Assembly: GCA_951406725.2 (NCBI GenBank)
Contig: OX597816.1
Span: forward strand, 172,112,001 to 172,176,000
Direction of reading: 5' to 3'
From: Octopus vulgaris
Taxonomy: Eukaryota
Length of the DNA: 64,000 bases
This document shows, piece by piece, positions 62,383-64,000 of the stretch (the stretch's first letter is position 1; every line of letters starts with the position of its first letter). The notes beneath the pieces are model-generated. The model was given only the letters and a program-made list of their open reading frames with translations, had not been told where the DNA came from and searched no databases. A program made the position numbers and the translations under genes.

Positions 62383-63208
62383 GTGAGGAATACCCTATGT
62401 GGTTATTTGGACCATCTTGTATTAGTAACTGACTCTTTCAAACTATTCCTTCATGTCTTACAATAGATTGATAACAGCACTCACTGAATTCACCATCTTT
62501 CTTTTCACTATTAGGAGCAAAGATCATTCACACATTTTCACATAACACAAAAAGAAATACAAACACCAGGAATTGCTTACCACACCTGTACAACATTCAC
62601 ACATAAACTACATAGTTCAGAAAGCAAGACAATGCACAAACATACTTAGTGTTCCTAGGCATCACATTTGACCAACAGAAAGAAACAACACAAGCCTGCA
62701 AAGAATTATATTAAATCCAGCATGGAATAGGTGAATCATGCCTAACCCCAATCTCTTCACAAGAAAAAAAGACAAAACAGCAGATTTTACATAATCATAT
62801 ATCATACATAGTGTAGAAGCCAAACACATGGACTCAAACCAATAAGGGTGTTTCTACACTGATGCTTGTCCTGCTTGAAATAGCAGCCAAATTTCTTGGC
62901 TCCCTGTCTTACTATCTTTAAGTATTCAAGAAAGGATAATGTACTCTTATATAAACAATACAAAAAAAAAAAAAGAAAGAAAAAAAGAAAACAGAAAACG
63001 AAGACACTGTGATCAGACTAGAATGTTCTGACCACAAATGTACCTCAGGCCAGCTCACATGGTTGGAATGGTATAGCTGTGAGGAATACCCTATGTGGTT
63101 ATTTGGACCATCTTGTATTAGTAACAGACTCTTTCAAACTACTCCTTCATGTCTTACAATAGATTGATAACAGCACTCACTGAATTCACCATCTTTCTTT
63201 TCACTATT
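62383..63208. repeat. 130-bp near-perfect direct repeat (62383-62512 and 63079-63208)
   Basis: Two mismatches seen by eye. Confidence 0.9.
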
Positions 63209-63890
63209 TCTTTTCACACTCAAATATTCTAGACCATACCCCCACAACGAAGGCCATCTGGTTGATTAGTAAACTGTCATTAAGAAATACCCTCTAACCA
63301 ACATAATAGTGGTCCCTTCTGCATAACTACAATGGTTTTTGCTTGCTTTAAATAACCAATATGCACATGTGCCCCAACAAAAGTTGGATACATTTGCCTC
63401 TCTTTGATCATTCCTACTGTGTCTCCCCACAAAACACAATTCTAATCATTTCACCCAAACCTTTACTTCAGTGCTGCCCAACCTTTTCCGAACATGGGCC
63501 GGATTTAAGAAAAAACGATGCTAGTGGGCCGGACTTACATTTCTAGCCTTTCGTTTTTTAATACAACTATTTGAAATAGTTTGAAAAAGTATTCAGAACT
63601 GAAAACATTGATTCTATTATTCTATTTATAGAAATTGTCCATTATACAATTATAATTCATAACTCAATTTAAACATAGGGGTCCTACATATGATACTGTT
63701 TCTATTACTTCTTCACTGCTATCAAAAAATTATAGTCTCCAGATATTACATGAATACGAAATGACCATTAAAAATTTTGATTTAGAACCTTACATTCTAT
63801 AAAACAAATTTAACAATTGATCAAGATTAAAAAAAACATTTGTTCAAATAAATGGCTTATATTTCAATAATAAAACAATTTTATTTTAGA

Positions 63891-64000
63891 CTAGTAGTAT
63901 CGCCCGGCGTTGCTCGGGTTTGTAAGGGAAATAACTATATAAGCATTTTTAGAGATGTAAAGTATAATAGCCATCTCAATATGGCTAACCACAAAGGGGG
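63891..64000 (-). mobile_element. Helitron, same family, runs off the window
   Basis: CTAG end plus hairpin; matches 11459-11570. Confidence 0.8.

Overview
AT-rich, repeat-dense animal genomic DNA. The repeat content (tRNA-derived SINEs, RTE LINEs with (GAT)n tails, Penelope-type ends) looks like an octopus/coleoid cephalopod genome, which is an inference from recalled repeat families. The minus strand carries 13 phase-consistent GT-AG coding exons (41125 down to 180, about 634 codons) of the middle region of ATG2 (autophagy-related 2); both ends of the gene lie outside the window or were not recognised. On the opposite strand, apparently inside a >22 kb ATG2 intron, is an intact single-coding-exon 919-aa type I membrane receptor (signal peptide, ~17-18 LRRs, LRRCT, Ser/Thr stalk, putative FN3-like domain, TM, TIR-less tail with Tyr, SH3 and PDZ motifs). 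Around this nested gene are a minimal hammerhead-ribozyme motif in its presumed 3' UTR within a 367-bp partial tandem unit, a ~220-bp-arm inverted repeat just upstream of its splice acceptor, and a relic duplicate of its stalk 6 kb upstream. The rest is mariner/Tc1, Helitron, piggyBac- and hAT-type MITEs, RTE/CR1/R4-Dong LINE fragments, four SINE families and microsatellites. Exon and ORF coordinates were read to the base; repeat boundaries are approximate.
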